Assembly (NCBI GenBank): GCA_030141605.1
Contig: JAQGDQ010001079.1
Coordinates: 1 to 64,000 of the forward strand
Length of the DNA: 64,000 bases
Source: Tubiluchus corallicola
Taxonomy: Eukaryota > Animalia > Priapulida
Direction: 5' to 3'
The notes beneath the pieces were generated by a model, which was not told the origin of the DNA, ran no database searches, and saw nothing but the letters and a program-made list of their open reading frames with translations. The position numbers and the translations under genes are program-made. Positions within the stretch are counted from its first letter, which is position 1. Every line of letters begins with the position of its first letter. Shown piece after piece: positions 26,851 through 39,165 of the stretch.

Positions 26851-27250
26851 GAATTTGTGACTTTCGAATTCGAATCGAACTGAACTTCAATGTTTCGAAT
26901 TTTCGAACAAGTTTTCGAACCACCAGTAAAAATTAGTCTTACAAAGATCATGTGTATCACTAGATTTTGTTCTGCAATAAAACGACTAGTAATTTGTTTA
27001 AAATTGTGCACAGAAATCACTGCTAAATTACGCTAATTGCATGTTGTTTCAATCGTTTTAGTGATCAGGAACATATGTGATTGAAGTGCTGAATTATTCG
27101 AATCTATAGTTTTGGATTCGAATCGAGTTCGAACTAAAAAAAACTCGTTTGAATCGAATTCGAGCGTTCGATGCTCACCCCTACTGTTCAGTCTCTAGAA
27201 ATCCAAATATGCTCTGACTCTGACATTGTGATTCATGAATCTATTATTCG

Positions 27251-27850
27251 TGGACAGTCTATAGTCGCCATGCCAGACAACTAAACTCCTTCCACCTGCG
27301 TTGTCTAAGACGACTCCTCAAGATCAGCTGGCAGGACTTTATACCAGACACTGAAGTCCTCGAGAGAGCACAATCCATCAGTGTCCATGCAATGCTTAAG
27401 GCAGCACAACTGAAATGGGCTGGCCACGTTCGACGTATGGAAGATCACAGACTGCCATGGAGATTCATGTACTGCGAGCTGCAAGAAGGGAAACGGTCAG
27501 TGGGAGGGCAATGGAAAAGATACAAAGACACCCTCAAAGCCAGCCTGAAAGAATGCAACATCAATGTCGACTCCTGGGAAGATGTGCCACAGGAGAGATC
27601 TCGTTGGTGGTCCCTCATCAAATGGTGTACCTTGATAGGCATTGCGTTCTCTGTCTTTTCGAAGGCAGAGAAGACAGAGCTTCGAAAAGACAGAGAACGC
27701 AATGCCTATCAAGGTACACCATTCTCATGTCCTCATTGCAGGAGGAGGTTCTCAGCAAGAATCGGGCTTATAAGCCACCTCCGTACCCATCCTATGATAT
27801 TAGAATGAAGTCATAGTCCTCCTCGACTATGAAGGACAAACAACAACAAC
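27251..27850 (+). mobile_element. RTE-clade LINE 3' fragment
   Basis: WTVYSRHARQLNSFHLRCLRRLLKISWQD...QLKWAGHVRRM...KRYKDTLK, C-terminal CPHC..HLRTH finger, 3' hairpin catagtc..gactatg and (AAC)n tail. Confidence 0.88.
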
Positions 27851-28256
27851 ATTGTTTGTGTTTTGTACTTCACACTAAGGGCATGTTTACACTAAGGGCG
27901 TGTTCACACTAAAGTTTTCTTACACGAGTTTTCTGTCTAACTACAGTACAATGTTTAGGAGTAACTTGCAACAACTCGAGGTAACTCGCAGCAACTTTTG
28001 AACACCCTTGCAAGCTACTGCGTGATTACTTTGCGAGAGCAAGCAAGTAAAGTAATTCACAAAAGTGTTAAGCTTGCAAAGGCTATTTTCTATTCACTTT
28101 ACAATATCAAACTGTCAGAAGTAAGCAGGAATAGTATTGCGGATACATCAACAAAGAACATTATTTTTTGCAGAACGTCATGCTACCGACTTTGTACTGC
28201 ACTAATGTAATTATTATACTCGAAATTATATATTTATATAATCCTCATTTGTTTAA

Positions 28257-28659
28257 CCCTTTCAGTCCCAAATTATTTTTCTAATAAGAAAAAAATTTTT
28301 GGCTTGGTACTTTTGTTCAGTATGTCCGTCTTGTTTACACATAATAATTTTTTTTCTACCTGTGCCCGCGTGCTAATTATAGCCTGTATCCCACGGGATA
28401 CATTGGGATTCAATGGAAGCATAGAATGTGCTTCATTTTGCAACTGTTGATAATTTTTTAAAGTATTTAAGACATTTAGTATGCATGCTATGCTGATCTG
28501 TACAAAGTCGTCTCTAAAGTACTGTACCTTGTGCAGTTTTTTATGCTATGTAGATTTTCTAGTTTGCCATTTTATCACCATTTTTAGTCTATTGTTTCTG
28601 GCTTAAATCAAAATAAGTATTAACAGATCAAATAACTGTCAGTTTTAACATTTTATTAA
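28257..28659 (-). mobile_element. piggyBac-type MITE, one end missing
   Basis: TTAA|CCCTTTCAGTCCC; homologous to 48296-48752. Confidence 0.8.
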
Positions 28660-30181
28660 TGAGCACATACGTAATAAAATGATTACAAATTAGGTGCTGT
28701 TCTATTCAAAAGAATCTCGGCTATCCAACCATGTTATTTGTTTAAATATTTGTAAGTGATTTAATTGGATAAAATTAAGAAGATCACGCCATTTTCAGGC
28801 GCTCCATGTTAGCTTATTGAGTAGCTTAGTCTGGTGTGCACTTACGTGACTGTACACGCTATTTTATTGATCGCCTGTTTGCTACAGCCCAAGCTGTGCT
28901 ATATTCTGCTGCTATTCCACAAAAAGCCTCTGATCTGTTAGGAACAAGTAGAGGTCGTTTCATCTTTTAACAGAAATTATTCCTTAAAAAGTAAATTAGA
29001 CTAGAGGTCCAAGTGTATCAGAGTGTTGTGTCGGGATAGTTGATTTTTTTTACATTAGCCAATTTCGCACAATTGTTGCAGTACAAACACCGCAGTTACG
29101 CAAAGCCAGTTACCTTTTGTCAAAAATTGATTTTTAATTTGTTTGAGGTAAGCAAATGCATTTTATATAAAATTTTCCATAAATGTCCACTGTGTGAGGA
29201 GTAAAAACTTATAAAAATGATCAAATGTAACGTAATTGCCGCTCAGTGAGAGCAGCTTTTCATGGACCAATGCAAAATGTAGCAAATCCTTACAGTTCCG
29301 AAGGAGTTAATAGGGTAAGGCGCCAGAAGGTTTTTTTTGCCCACTCGTCGGCACAAGTGGTTGCTTGCCATTGCATTGATGTTCCCCAACTGGTGTAAAC
29401 AGCAATGAAAAGATGTCTGAGTTGGCGACCTCATCAATTAGCCTTCCCATATATGTGTAATCAAAGTTTTTATCACTGCAGACAACTATTTTATAGTCGC
29501 CATATCTAATGTATCTGGAAAAAATTCCTCGGCTGTAGTCCAGTTCAGGTGGCTTGATGGAAGAGCAGTTTGTGCATTTGCACTTCTGCTGTTACATGAA
29601 AGTCATAACAAAAAGTTGAAGTTGAATTTTGACTAGCTGACTGTCCATCGCACTTTTATTAAGAAAACGTGAATGTCTTGTAAAAAGGTAAAAGAAAATC
29701 GTGAAAATCTTAACAGCTCTCTTAATTGCAGTTCGTGCTAGTTAGCTGTGGAAACGTTCATAAACAGGTATGGTTTGTTACTATGGTATGGTATCACAAA
29801 CGCATGACGTCACTGACATATCCGGGGCCGGCTCTGGGTAGTTTGACGCCCTAAACAAAAGTATTTTAGCGCCGCCCTCAGCGGTCAACTCTTTCCCGAC
29901 GGTCCTCCTCACACCTCCAAAATAGAATTTTTCTTGTATAATATTATAATAAACCATAATGGTACATACATGTTAGGCTTATACAGTACTAATTAAGTTT
30001 AGTCAATCACTTATCTACAGCTACTGTTAACTGAATTTGAAATGAAATTTATGCCATTGCACGTCCTGCGTTTCCAGGACCAATCAAATTTCTGCAATTT
30101 CTTATATTCTTGTCTTAATTTTCCTCAAATTTTCACCAGAAAATGTTTGAAATTATCTCCTCTTTTTTCACTTATACATCC

Positions 30182-30604
30182 TGTGGAAGTTGGAATTGTA
30201 CATTGTAATTAAGTGCTGCCATCTATGTGCTAATCGTGTTACATTCTACCAGCTGACTTACCTTCAGTATAATTGTATGTTCCAGTGACTACATACACAC
30301 TGGTCCTCTCCCTATCTAAAATGAATGGTTGTTGTGAAGCCTGTGCAAGTCTGCATAGGTCAAGTTCTATACCAGTATACTGACTGTGAAACAGGTTTTA
30401 CTGACTGTTTTTGCTTTCTAGTTTTTGCTCAATGTTCAGTGCAGCAGTTTTGTTACTCATGTTTTCTGTAGTTCAATAAACACTTTTCTGTTGTGTGCAG
30501 TGCAAATATTTATTATAAATTTTTGGTTCCTATCCATACTTCTCTGTGCCTAAACTCAATCACAGCAAAGAGACTGAGCAACAACTTCAAAAATGACTTT
30601 CACA
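30182..30604 (+). mobile_element. Solo LTR
   Basis: TGTGGAAGT...ACTTTCACA; internal AATAAA (30475); perfect 5-bp TSD catcc. Confidence 0.85.
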
Positions 30605-31382
30605 CATCCATTTTACTATCTTCACCACTTCACAACCATAACTCTGGTCTGTTTGCATATAGTTCATTAGCGAATCATTTTGCTGTTTATTGTCGCCACT
30701 GGTCCGCTTTTTTACCTTTACTGTTTCGTGTATTCCGCTCTCGAAGACTTTGAGTCTTATAGTTTTATCTGCCATAATTAGATAAATGCTATTGTAAGAA
30801 ATTTTACTTTAGCAGAAAGGTTATTGCTGTAAGCATAACTCATTTTATGTGTATAAAACGAGCTTAGTTTTATATATTGTATTGTATGTTAGTATATACA
30901 TGTAGTATTATACTATATAATATAATATGTTGTAATATAATATGCTATATTAAAGTTACCCGGTCAGACAATAAATGTTGTTTTATTGACATGTGTCGTT
31001 TTATATAGTGGCAATACTTTCTGTGACGCTGAATTTTCTATGTTGTGTGTTACTCTCTGCAATACAGACAACAATTGATACTATTTTTAGGATGGCACTT
31101 AGCAAGCACACTATTTTATCTATTATGATACACATAACATAATGAAATATGCATTAACCTCGATAAGTGCTGTTACCTTGTTTATTTACCTTTGTTTGCA
31201 ATAAAAAGTGTTTGTCCTGTCCAATAGACTAGGCATTGCATGATTGGTGTTTTTAGTAGAGTAACGCTAGATATACAGAAGTGATTAGTAAAAAGTGACA
31301 CTATATTCGAGTCCAATTGAATAGGCTGAAGATAAGTTATCATCAGTTTAAATAACACTGTACTCGTCTTGTGCCCATTACA

Positions 31383-32336
31383 ATGGAGAGTTCTTTTGGA
31401 AATGTAACATCTACGAACAGTTTCTATTCTCTTGTTGCAGACACAATTGTAAATGTATTCTCATTTGTTTTGGGTGTTGGCGCAATCTTCGCAAACTCTG
31501 TAGTGATAGCCACTATTGCTAGATCGCATGTTCTACATACGCAGCTGTATTATATTTTATGCAATTTGGCCATTTGTGATTTGGTCATTGGAATCTATAT
31601 AGTAGCACATTCTGCTATGTACTCACTCGGCATTGTTCACTCGGAAGCAGTTAATGTCACGTTTTGTGGTATTTGGTCCCTGTTTTCTTACGGTACTTTA
31701 GCATCGTCTATCATGTTTTATTTCTTTGCTACTGTGGAGAGATACGTCAGTATCATTCATCCGTTTCGCTATCACGTGTTGATGTCTGAACGTAGAGTGA
31801 AATACGCCATTCTGGCAATATGGCTTTTCTTAGTCTTGTCGTTTATTAGCTATTACTTGCTATACTCTACCACGACTGTCGAATTCATTTATAAATGCCT
31901 CCCTGAACCTCGCGGCGTGGCTGTCAGTGTTGTGGCGTATACTATAATCATTGTAGGTGTGGCACTAGTTTGTCTGCACCAATATGTGTACATAAAAATC
32001 ATAAAAACGGCAGTAAGACAGATGAGAGAAATACAGAATACATTTCATCTAACTAATTCCACATCTGAAGGAACATCACGTCTTCGGACTAAACTCAAGT
32101 ATGCTAAAGCTCTTGGCTTGACTGTGGGTTTATTCTGTGTGTGCTATGCACCAATGATGATAGCTTCTGCTGTATTTTTCTTGTCTGGCGAATCGGTTGT
32201 TATTAACAGGTCAACACTGCTTCTGTTCTTTCTCCCAGCATATGTCAATTCGATTACCAATGTTTTTGTTTACACAGCAAAACTTGATGACTTTAGAAAC
32301 GAGATGAACAAACTAAAATCATGTTTTATTTGTTAG
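31383..32336 (+). CDS. Intronless class A (rhodopsin-like) GPCR, orphan
   Basis: ATG at 31383 (ORF track starts at an upstream GTG); 7 hydrophobic segments; N-glycan site NVT; AN..V, NLAICDL, ERY..I.HPFRY, F.VCYAP and NS.TN.FVY motifs. Confidence 0.93.
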   Translation: MESSFGNVTSTNSFYSLVADTIVNVFSFVLGVGAIFANSVVIATIARSHVLHTQLYYILCNLAICDLVIGIYIVAHSAMYSLGIVHSEAVNVTFCGIWSLFSYGTLASSIMFYFFATVERYVSIIHPFRYHVLMSERRVKYAILAIWLFLVLSFISYYLLYSTTTVEFIYKCLPEPRGVAVSVVAYTIIIVGVALVCLHQYVYIKIIKTAVRQMREIQNTFHLTNSTSEGTSRLRTKLKYAKALGLTVGLFCVCYAPMMIASAVFFLSGESVVINRSTLLLFFLPAYVNSITNVFVYTAKLDDFRNEMNKLKSCFIC

Positions 32337-33165
32337 TAGAATTGAAGTGAATTAATTAAAATTTGCTTAATTTGTTAATAGAAATGTGGAGAATAAATCA
32401 CGTCTTGTTTAACTTGTTAGTAGAAACGTGGTGAAGAAACTAAAATCATGTTTTATTTGTTAGCAGAACTGAGAGGAATTAAATTAAAATTTGCTTAATT
32501 TGTTAACAGAAATGTGGAGAATAAATCAAATATTGTTTAACTTGTTAGTAGAAACGTGGTGAAGAAACTAAAATCATGTTTTATTTGTTAGTAGAACTGA
32601 GGTGAATTAAATTAAAATTTGCTTAATTTGTTAATAGAAATGTGGAGAATAAATCAAATATTGTTTAACTTGTTAGTAGAAACGTGGTGAAGAAACTAAA
32701 ATCATGTTTTATTTGTTAGTAGAATTGAAGTGAATTAATTAAAATTTGCTTAATTTGTTAATAGAAATGTGGAGAATAAATCACGTCTTGTTTAACTTGT
32801 TAGTAGAAACGTGGTGAAGAAACTAAAATCATGTTTTATTTGTTAGTACAACTGAGGTGAATTAAATTAAAATTTGCTTAATTTGTTAATAGAAATGTGG
32901 AGAATAAATCAAATATTGTTTAACTTGTTAATAGAAACGTGGTGAAGAAACTAAAATCTTGCTTTATTGGTTAGCAGAACTGAGGTGAAGAAAATGAAAT
33001 CTTGCATTATCGATTACTAGTCATTAGAACTGAACTGAAGAATGGAATTAAATCCTGCCCAATTTGTCAGTAGAAATGGGGTGAATAAAACTAAACCTTG
33101 CTTAATTTCTTAGTAGAAAATCGTTGAAAATAAGATAAAATCTGGCTTCACATGTTTGTGAATAA
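32294..33165. repeat. Higher-order minisatellite: 127/128-bp units of three ~42-bp monomers
   Basis: aactaaaatc recurs at 32311, 32438, 32566, 32694, 32821 and 32949; degenerate monomers follow. Confidence 0.92.
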
Positions 33166-34052
33166 GGTGGAGTTTTTACGTTTTTATATAATTTCTTTAT
33201 AAGGTATTTCTTACTTGTATTCTGATACCTTAGATTTAACTATGATGATTTTGTAATGATTTTTTGTGCCCTGATCATTGCATTGTCATTGATGTACTGA
33301 TTAATTGTGTTGACTTAATTTCTAGCACCGACAATGACGTTTGTCGAAATGGTCATCTGCACTCCATAGATGACATGCTGATTCATCTAAACGTTGAGTA
33401 TTAGTTCCTAAAATAATTACCAGACTGCAGTGCTTTAGAAGAGCTCACTTTGTTAAAGCAGTTCCTTTGTAATCTCTCAATACCTTTGAGATACTTAGTT
33501 TAAGCTTAAATTACAGTTTCATCTAGATGAACTGCCGACTAACCCTATCCCAAAAAGCATCTGGTGTTATCTGGCATTTACTTGCTACTAATAGTGGTTA
33601 TTGTGAATACAAATGCATTGCATTCTGAATAACCTGTGAAACCTGTGAAACGTATGAAAAGAAGATGCATTAGGCCACTAACAAAATAGGTTATTTGTGT
33701 AAGTAATTAATAAATTGGGTTATTTGTACAGGCCATTAATATATTAGGTTATGTTTGTTGCATTTGCTTGTCAGCTTTCTAGCTTTTTGTGTTACCATAG
33801 AAACTGTGTACATTTGTTGTTAGCTGTGTGCATACCACAGCGTGTTTGACAACATTAACCGTTAATTTTTGAGCATTGCCTTATCGTTATGTCTAAATTT
33901 TCTCTTAGCTATGGGTGTTAAGCTTGGTCAAAATAATATCACAGTTACGATAGTGTGAATCTCTTCATTTATTATAATTAATTAAAGTTTTATTCGTATA
34001 AAGACTTTTATTCGTATGATAAATATTATCAACTAATTATCTTTTTTGTACT

Positions 34053-35002
34053 ATGATGGAAAACATTTTTGAAAACATATCTTGGGACATCGGTACTGAG
34101 GCCACAGTGCAACACCCAGTGGTTGTGACGTCATTGTTTTTGTTGGCATTTGCCATTGTGCTAGCAAACTTTGTCGTGATTTTTACCATTGTTAGATCGC
34201 ATAGTCTACATGCGCCACTGTACCGTGTTTTATGCAACTTGGCTTATTGTGATATGTTTATGGGAATATTCGTATTTGTATATAACATACTTAATATAAC
34301 TGGTTGGAAGATAGCAAATTCCGTAGCATTTTGCTGTATATGGTTTAATTGTATGGACATCGTCCTTGGTTCATGTGTTCTATTTTATTGTTTTGCTACA
34401 ACGGAGAGATATATTAGTATAGTCTACCCACTTCGTTATCATGAATTAATGACCGATCCTAAAGTTAAACTAACTACAGTAGCATTATGGAGTCTTGCGT
34501 GTACAGTTACTATTGCATACTGTTTTATATACTATTTTACGGTGGAAATTTCATACATGTGCATCCCTCTGACGCATGGGGGAGTGACTGCTAGCATAAT
34601 GGCATACTCAACATGCTTCATTTTTCCAACCGTGATGTTTGGCTTGTTGTATTTGGATGTGAAAATAGTGAAAATAGCTGTAAGACAGAAGAGGGAAATG
34701 AGAATTCATCATCTCAACGAGCATCATCAGATCTTTCAACAAAAATCAAGTTTGCAAAAACTCTTGCATTGACCGTTGGCATTTTTTGCTTGTGCTACAC
34801 CCCTTTCATGCTAGCCACTGCAGCAATGTTTCTCTTCGGAGAGTCCATCTTTGTTAATAAGAACACATATTACTATTTCTTAATTCCAAATTATTTCAAT
34901 TCACTAGCCAATGTGTTTTTGTATTCAGCAAGACTAGAAGATTTTAGACGTGAAATGAAGAAAATATTTATGCCTCTAGGAACATGCAGCCAGTGTAGGT
35001 AA
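34053..35002 (+). pseudogene. Class A GPCR paralogue with a frameshift in ICL3 (~34700)
   Basis: ORF 34053-34772 encodes TM1-5 (NLAYCD, ERY). ORF 34613-35002 encodes TM6-7 (KFAKTLALTVGIFCLCYTP, NSLANVFLY). Both are colinear with 31383-32336. Confidence 0.8.
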
Positions 35003-35340
35003 AGTGAGGAATAGTTCCAGTGTTGCTAACATGCAGCCAGTGCAGGTAACGTGAAATATAGTTCCTGTGTTGGTAACATGTAGCCAGTGTCGGTAACGAG
35101 AAGTATAATTCCAGTGTTGGTAACATGGAGCCAATGTAGGTAACACAAAGTATAGTTCCAGTGTTGGTAACACGTAGCCAGTGTAGGTAACGTGAAATAT
35201 AGTTCCTGTGTTGGTAACATGCAGCCAGTGCAGGTAATGCAAAATATAGTTCTAGTTTTGGTAACATGTAGCCAGTGTAGGTAACGCAAAATACAGTTCC
35301 AGTGTTGGTAACATGTAGCTCATGCAGATAACGTGAAATC
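34981..35340. repeat. 47-bp minisatellite (~7.5 copies)
   Basis: Unit aacatgcagccagtgtaggtaacgtgaaatatagttccagtgttggt; an isolated unit near 35585-35630. Confidence 0.92.
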
Positions 35341-35798
35341 CGAGGTTGGTAAAAAGTAGCCAGAACTAAAATACATTTCTAGTGCTGTCACTTTACTATT
35401 TATACCTTTTCACCAAAAAATATATTATGCAATTGCTTAGCTAGCCAATAACTGTCTGCCTAAACTTGAGGTTTTTATTGATAAATGTCTTATTAAAAAC
35501 TCCTGAAACTGTAAAAGCCATTTAAAATTTATGACTACTTGTTCTATGATTGCATGAATAGAAGGAAGGGAATGGTTATGTATTACAGTTCAGTGTTGGT
35601 AACATGTAGCTAATGTAGGTATCGTGAAATGTACGATGTTGTTGGAATGTGGTGTCTCAATAAAATCACACGGAATATTGATTTTGTTATTAATATGAAT
35701 TTTACCTAGTATGATCAATTCTTTGATTTTTAAATTCCTGCTAGACATCGAGTTTTGAGCTGCTTAGGTCCAACCTTTGGGAGAAGTATCATGAGAGG

Positions 35799-36122
<324 letters not shown>

Positions 36123-37112
36123 TGAGAGGTGAAGCTGACCTGAACTTAAGTAATATAAAAATACACCTATAACATCTATTCAGTCACGTACATTGTGTAC
36201 GATTGACTGGCATGCTGCCTCCGTTACGCTGTATACATTTCTTATGTGCAATGTATTTTTACTTTCTATGCCTCCGTTCTTAATTGGTAAATGAAGATTT
36301 TATTTATCTATCTGTTGTATTTGGAAATGTTCTAAGATGCAGCTAACATCTTGAAATTGCCAAGGATATATCAAACCGGAAAACGTTACTTATACAAATG
36401 TTTTGTGTGCACTAAGGATATTAGTAAAACATTGAACAGCAAGCCACAGCTTAGCAATAGGTTGCCATGGTGTGTTGCCGTTGCCATGACAGCCTGCTAT
36501 GTACATTGTCCTGCTGTAGCTTCTAACAACGAAATGCATTGGTAAAGTTTGGGTTGCTAGGCTGACAGATTGGGTTTTTTTGTTCGCCATCTAAGAGTGA
36601 GTTAAAAAATGTCACACGCATGTAATTGCACCATTTATAGTCCAATGATTTGCGATTCCTGACATATTGTCTCTGTTTGGTCGCTCCTGCTGTACTTTTC
36701 CAGTTCTGGAACGTATCTCACCTCTTTTATATTACTTCTAAGGAAATTTTGGTTTCATTTAACGATGTTTCGCTTAACGTCGGGTTTTGCAGGAATGCAT
36801 TAGAGTCATTAAGCGAGGAGTTACTGCACTCACATGCAGTGTTCTGCAAAAGACTAGCCACGCTCACTCACAACTGTGAATAAACACGATTTATGATTTA
36901 TTGGATACGAAATACAAGCAACTACAATGAAACGACACATCAGAAAAAAGACCAAATGTGCTACAGACCTAATGGATTAAAATCAATCAAACAAGCAAAA
37001 TAATAACTATTTTTGTCTATTTTTAACAACTATTTCAGATACTTAGAGAATTTGCCCCTTTGCAATCGGCGAAATTTTTGCTGCTCACAGATGGAGCCAC
37101 TAACAGAAATAA

Positions 37113-37481
37113 GCCTTTTCACAGTTCCGTTGTGCACATGCACAGTTGCTGTAGGTCAAAGGTTAAGTGTACCACAGCAACGCACCTTAACTACAACCGT
37201 GAGGTGAGATGTGGGTAAAGTAAGGCCGTCAGCCACATCACTTTAGTAATTCAGTTGTTTAACGTGGCATTTACTTAATTATGTATTAGTGTGTCCGTAG
37301 AGTAATTTGCTTAGGAACAAGAAAAGATGAACTAGGTAAGGTTCTGGCTACCTAATAAAACTGTTACTATTACAGCAGCTTGGGATGCGAGGTGTTGTCA
37401 AGTGTAAACAAGACATTGCGTGATACACTTAGCCTGTGACCTTTTTACGATCATCATCAATCGCTGGAATGGTGAAAAGGC
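37113..37481. mobile_element. PIF/Harbinger-like MITE
   Basis: taa|gccttttcacagttcc...ggaatggtgaaaaggc ends; further copies at ~38641-38733, 39482-39866 and 59594-59746. Confidence 0.6.
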
Positions 37482-38738
37482 TATTCTCTGCTCACTTGCG
37501 ACCCCAGCTTTAAGATAATTTTGCTGCTTTGAGAGAAAGCGCAAATTTTTGCGTTACCTGCTCACTCACCCATTCGATTTCAAAGAAAAATTTGGAAAAA
37601 AATTTGGTTGGATTACGCTTGGCTGCTACAAGGGCGTATTTACCAATTGGCTAACTAAGTTCAGTGTTAAAAGATTCTTAATTTTTAATACACCACAAGC
37701 TGTTACAGAACGAGTTTTAATATAAAAATCATACAGCAATCAAGTGCAATTATTGCATAAAAGATTATACCGCAAGAAGTATTTTTATTAGCACTAAGCA
37801 AATGTACATGTACCTATCTAGGCCTAATGAACTATACCCACGCAGGAACAATATAATAGTACTACTAATATGCCACAAGTAACTGTCAGTCTAGGGCAAC
37901 TTGTCTAGATACGCCCCTAGATTGCTGGAACAGCATCTAGCTGGTTAAAAACGGCAGAGTTTGAAAAAAGTGAATTATACAGTACGTGGCATGACGAGCG
38001 TGCCTTGATAACCCACTATTCTACAACGACAATATGGCTACCACCACAAGAATTCTATACTGTAATGAATTTACATATTTCCACATTCAAGCATGCGATG
38101 ATTTATTATTATTATTATTATCACATTCAGTACAATATAAAGCACACAGTGACATCAAAATTATTACATCTACTATATTAAATTGTTATGTTTCATACAC
38201 TATCGTTATCATAAAATAATAATTGTACTGCAGTGGGCTAGAGAAGCAAAGGCTTGTATAAGCCCACTGTAATGTGAACCTGATAAAAAAATGGATGAGT
38301 GAACAAAAAAAGAACTGGGAGAAAGGTTAGATCACACAGGAAGGGTAGAAGGATGTGTTAGTGGAAATGGTAGGAAGAAAGATAATAGATTGCGCTATGT
38401 TGACATCAGCTCTAAAGATTTATCAATGATGCCTTGTTTTGCATAATCTGTACCACGATTGGTATAATAATCTGTACCAGGATGATAGGATATAAATTAG
38501 AACAATTTAAAAGAAATCGTACCAACAAGACACTGACTTCTAACATTGACTACAAACGATCATTAATTGATAACTAATCACCATAAAATGACACAAACAA
38601 GAGACCAATTCAGTAACCGAGTTAGCTAAACGCCAATGAACCCTTTTGTAGTTTCGTTGTGCGCACGCGCAGTTGCTGCAGGTCAAAGGTTAATTGTACC
38701 AAAGCAACGTGCCTTAACTACAAATGTCACATGCATGT

Positions 38739-39165
38739 TGTGGAAGTTGGAATCGTACATTTTAATTAGGTGCTGCCGTCTATGTGCTAATCCTGTTACA
38801 GTCTACCAGCTGACTTACCTTCAGTATAATTGTATGGTCCAGTGACTACATACACACTGGTCCACTCCTTATCTAAAATGAATAATTGTTGTGAAGCCTG
38901 TGCAACTCTGCATAGGTCAAGTTCTATACCTGTATACTGGCTGTGAAACAGGTTTTACTGACTGTTTTTGCTTTCTAGTTTTTGCTCAATGTTCAGTGCA
39001 GCAGTTTTGCTACTCATGTTTTCTGTAGTTTAATAAACGCTTTTCTGATGTGTGTGTGCAGTGCAAATATTTATTATAGATTTTTGGTTCCTATTCACAC
39101 TTCTCTGTGCCTAAACTCAATCATAACAAAGTGACTGAACAACAACTTCAAAAATGACTTTCACA
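38739..39165 (+). mobile_element. Solo LTR nested in a Harbinger-like MITE fragment
   Basis: TG...CA ends; perfect 5-bp TSD catgt; highly similar to 30182-30604. Confidence 0.85.

Larger units (their letters stand above)
21263..27183 (+). mobile_element. Composite non-autonomous hAT element carrying a fucosyltransferase gene (Pack-TIR candidate)
   Basis: TIR taggggtgagcat (21263-21275) / atgctcaccccta (27171-27183); identical 8-bp flanks ctgttcag (21255-21262, 27184-27191). MITE sequence at 21263-21510 and ~26850-27183 encloses ~5.3 kb of cargo; no transposase. Confidence 0.8.

Noticed and set aside
26415-27020. 201-aa ORF as one gene
   Set aside because: Chimera: the N-terminal ~55 aa are MITE sequence read in frame into the truncated LINE RT.
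31371-31382. GTG start for GPCR1
   Set aside because: Eukaryotic gene; the in-frame ATG at 31383 has a good Kozak context (acaATGg).
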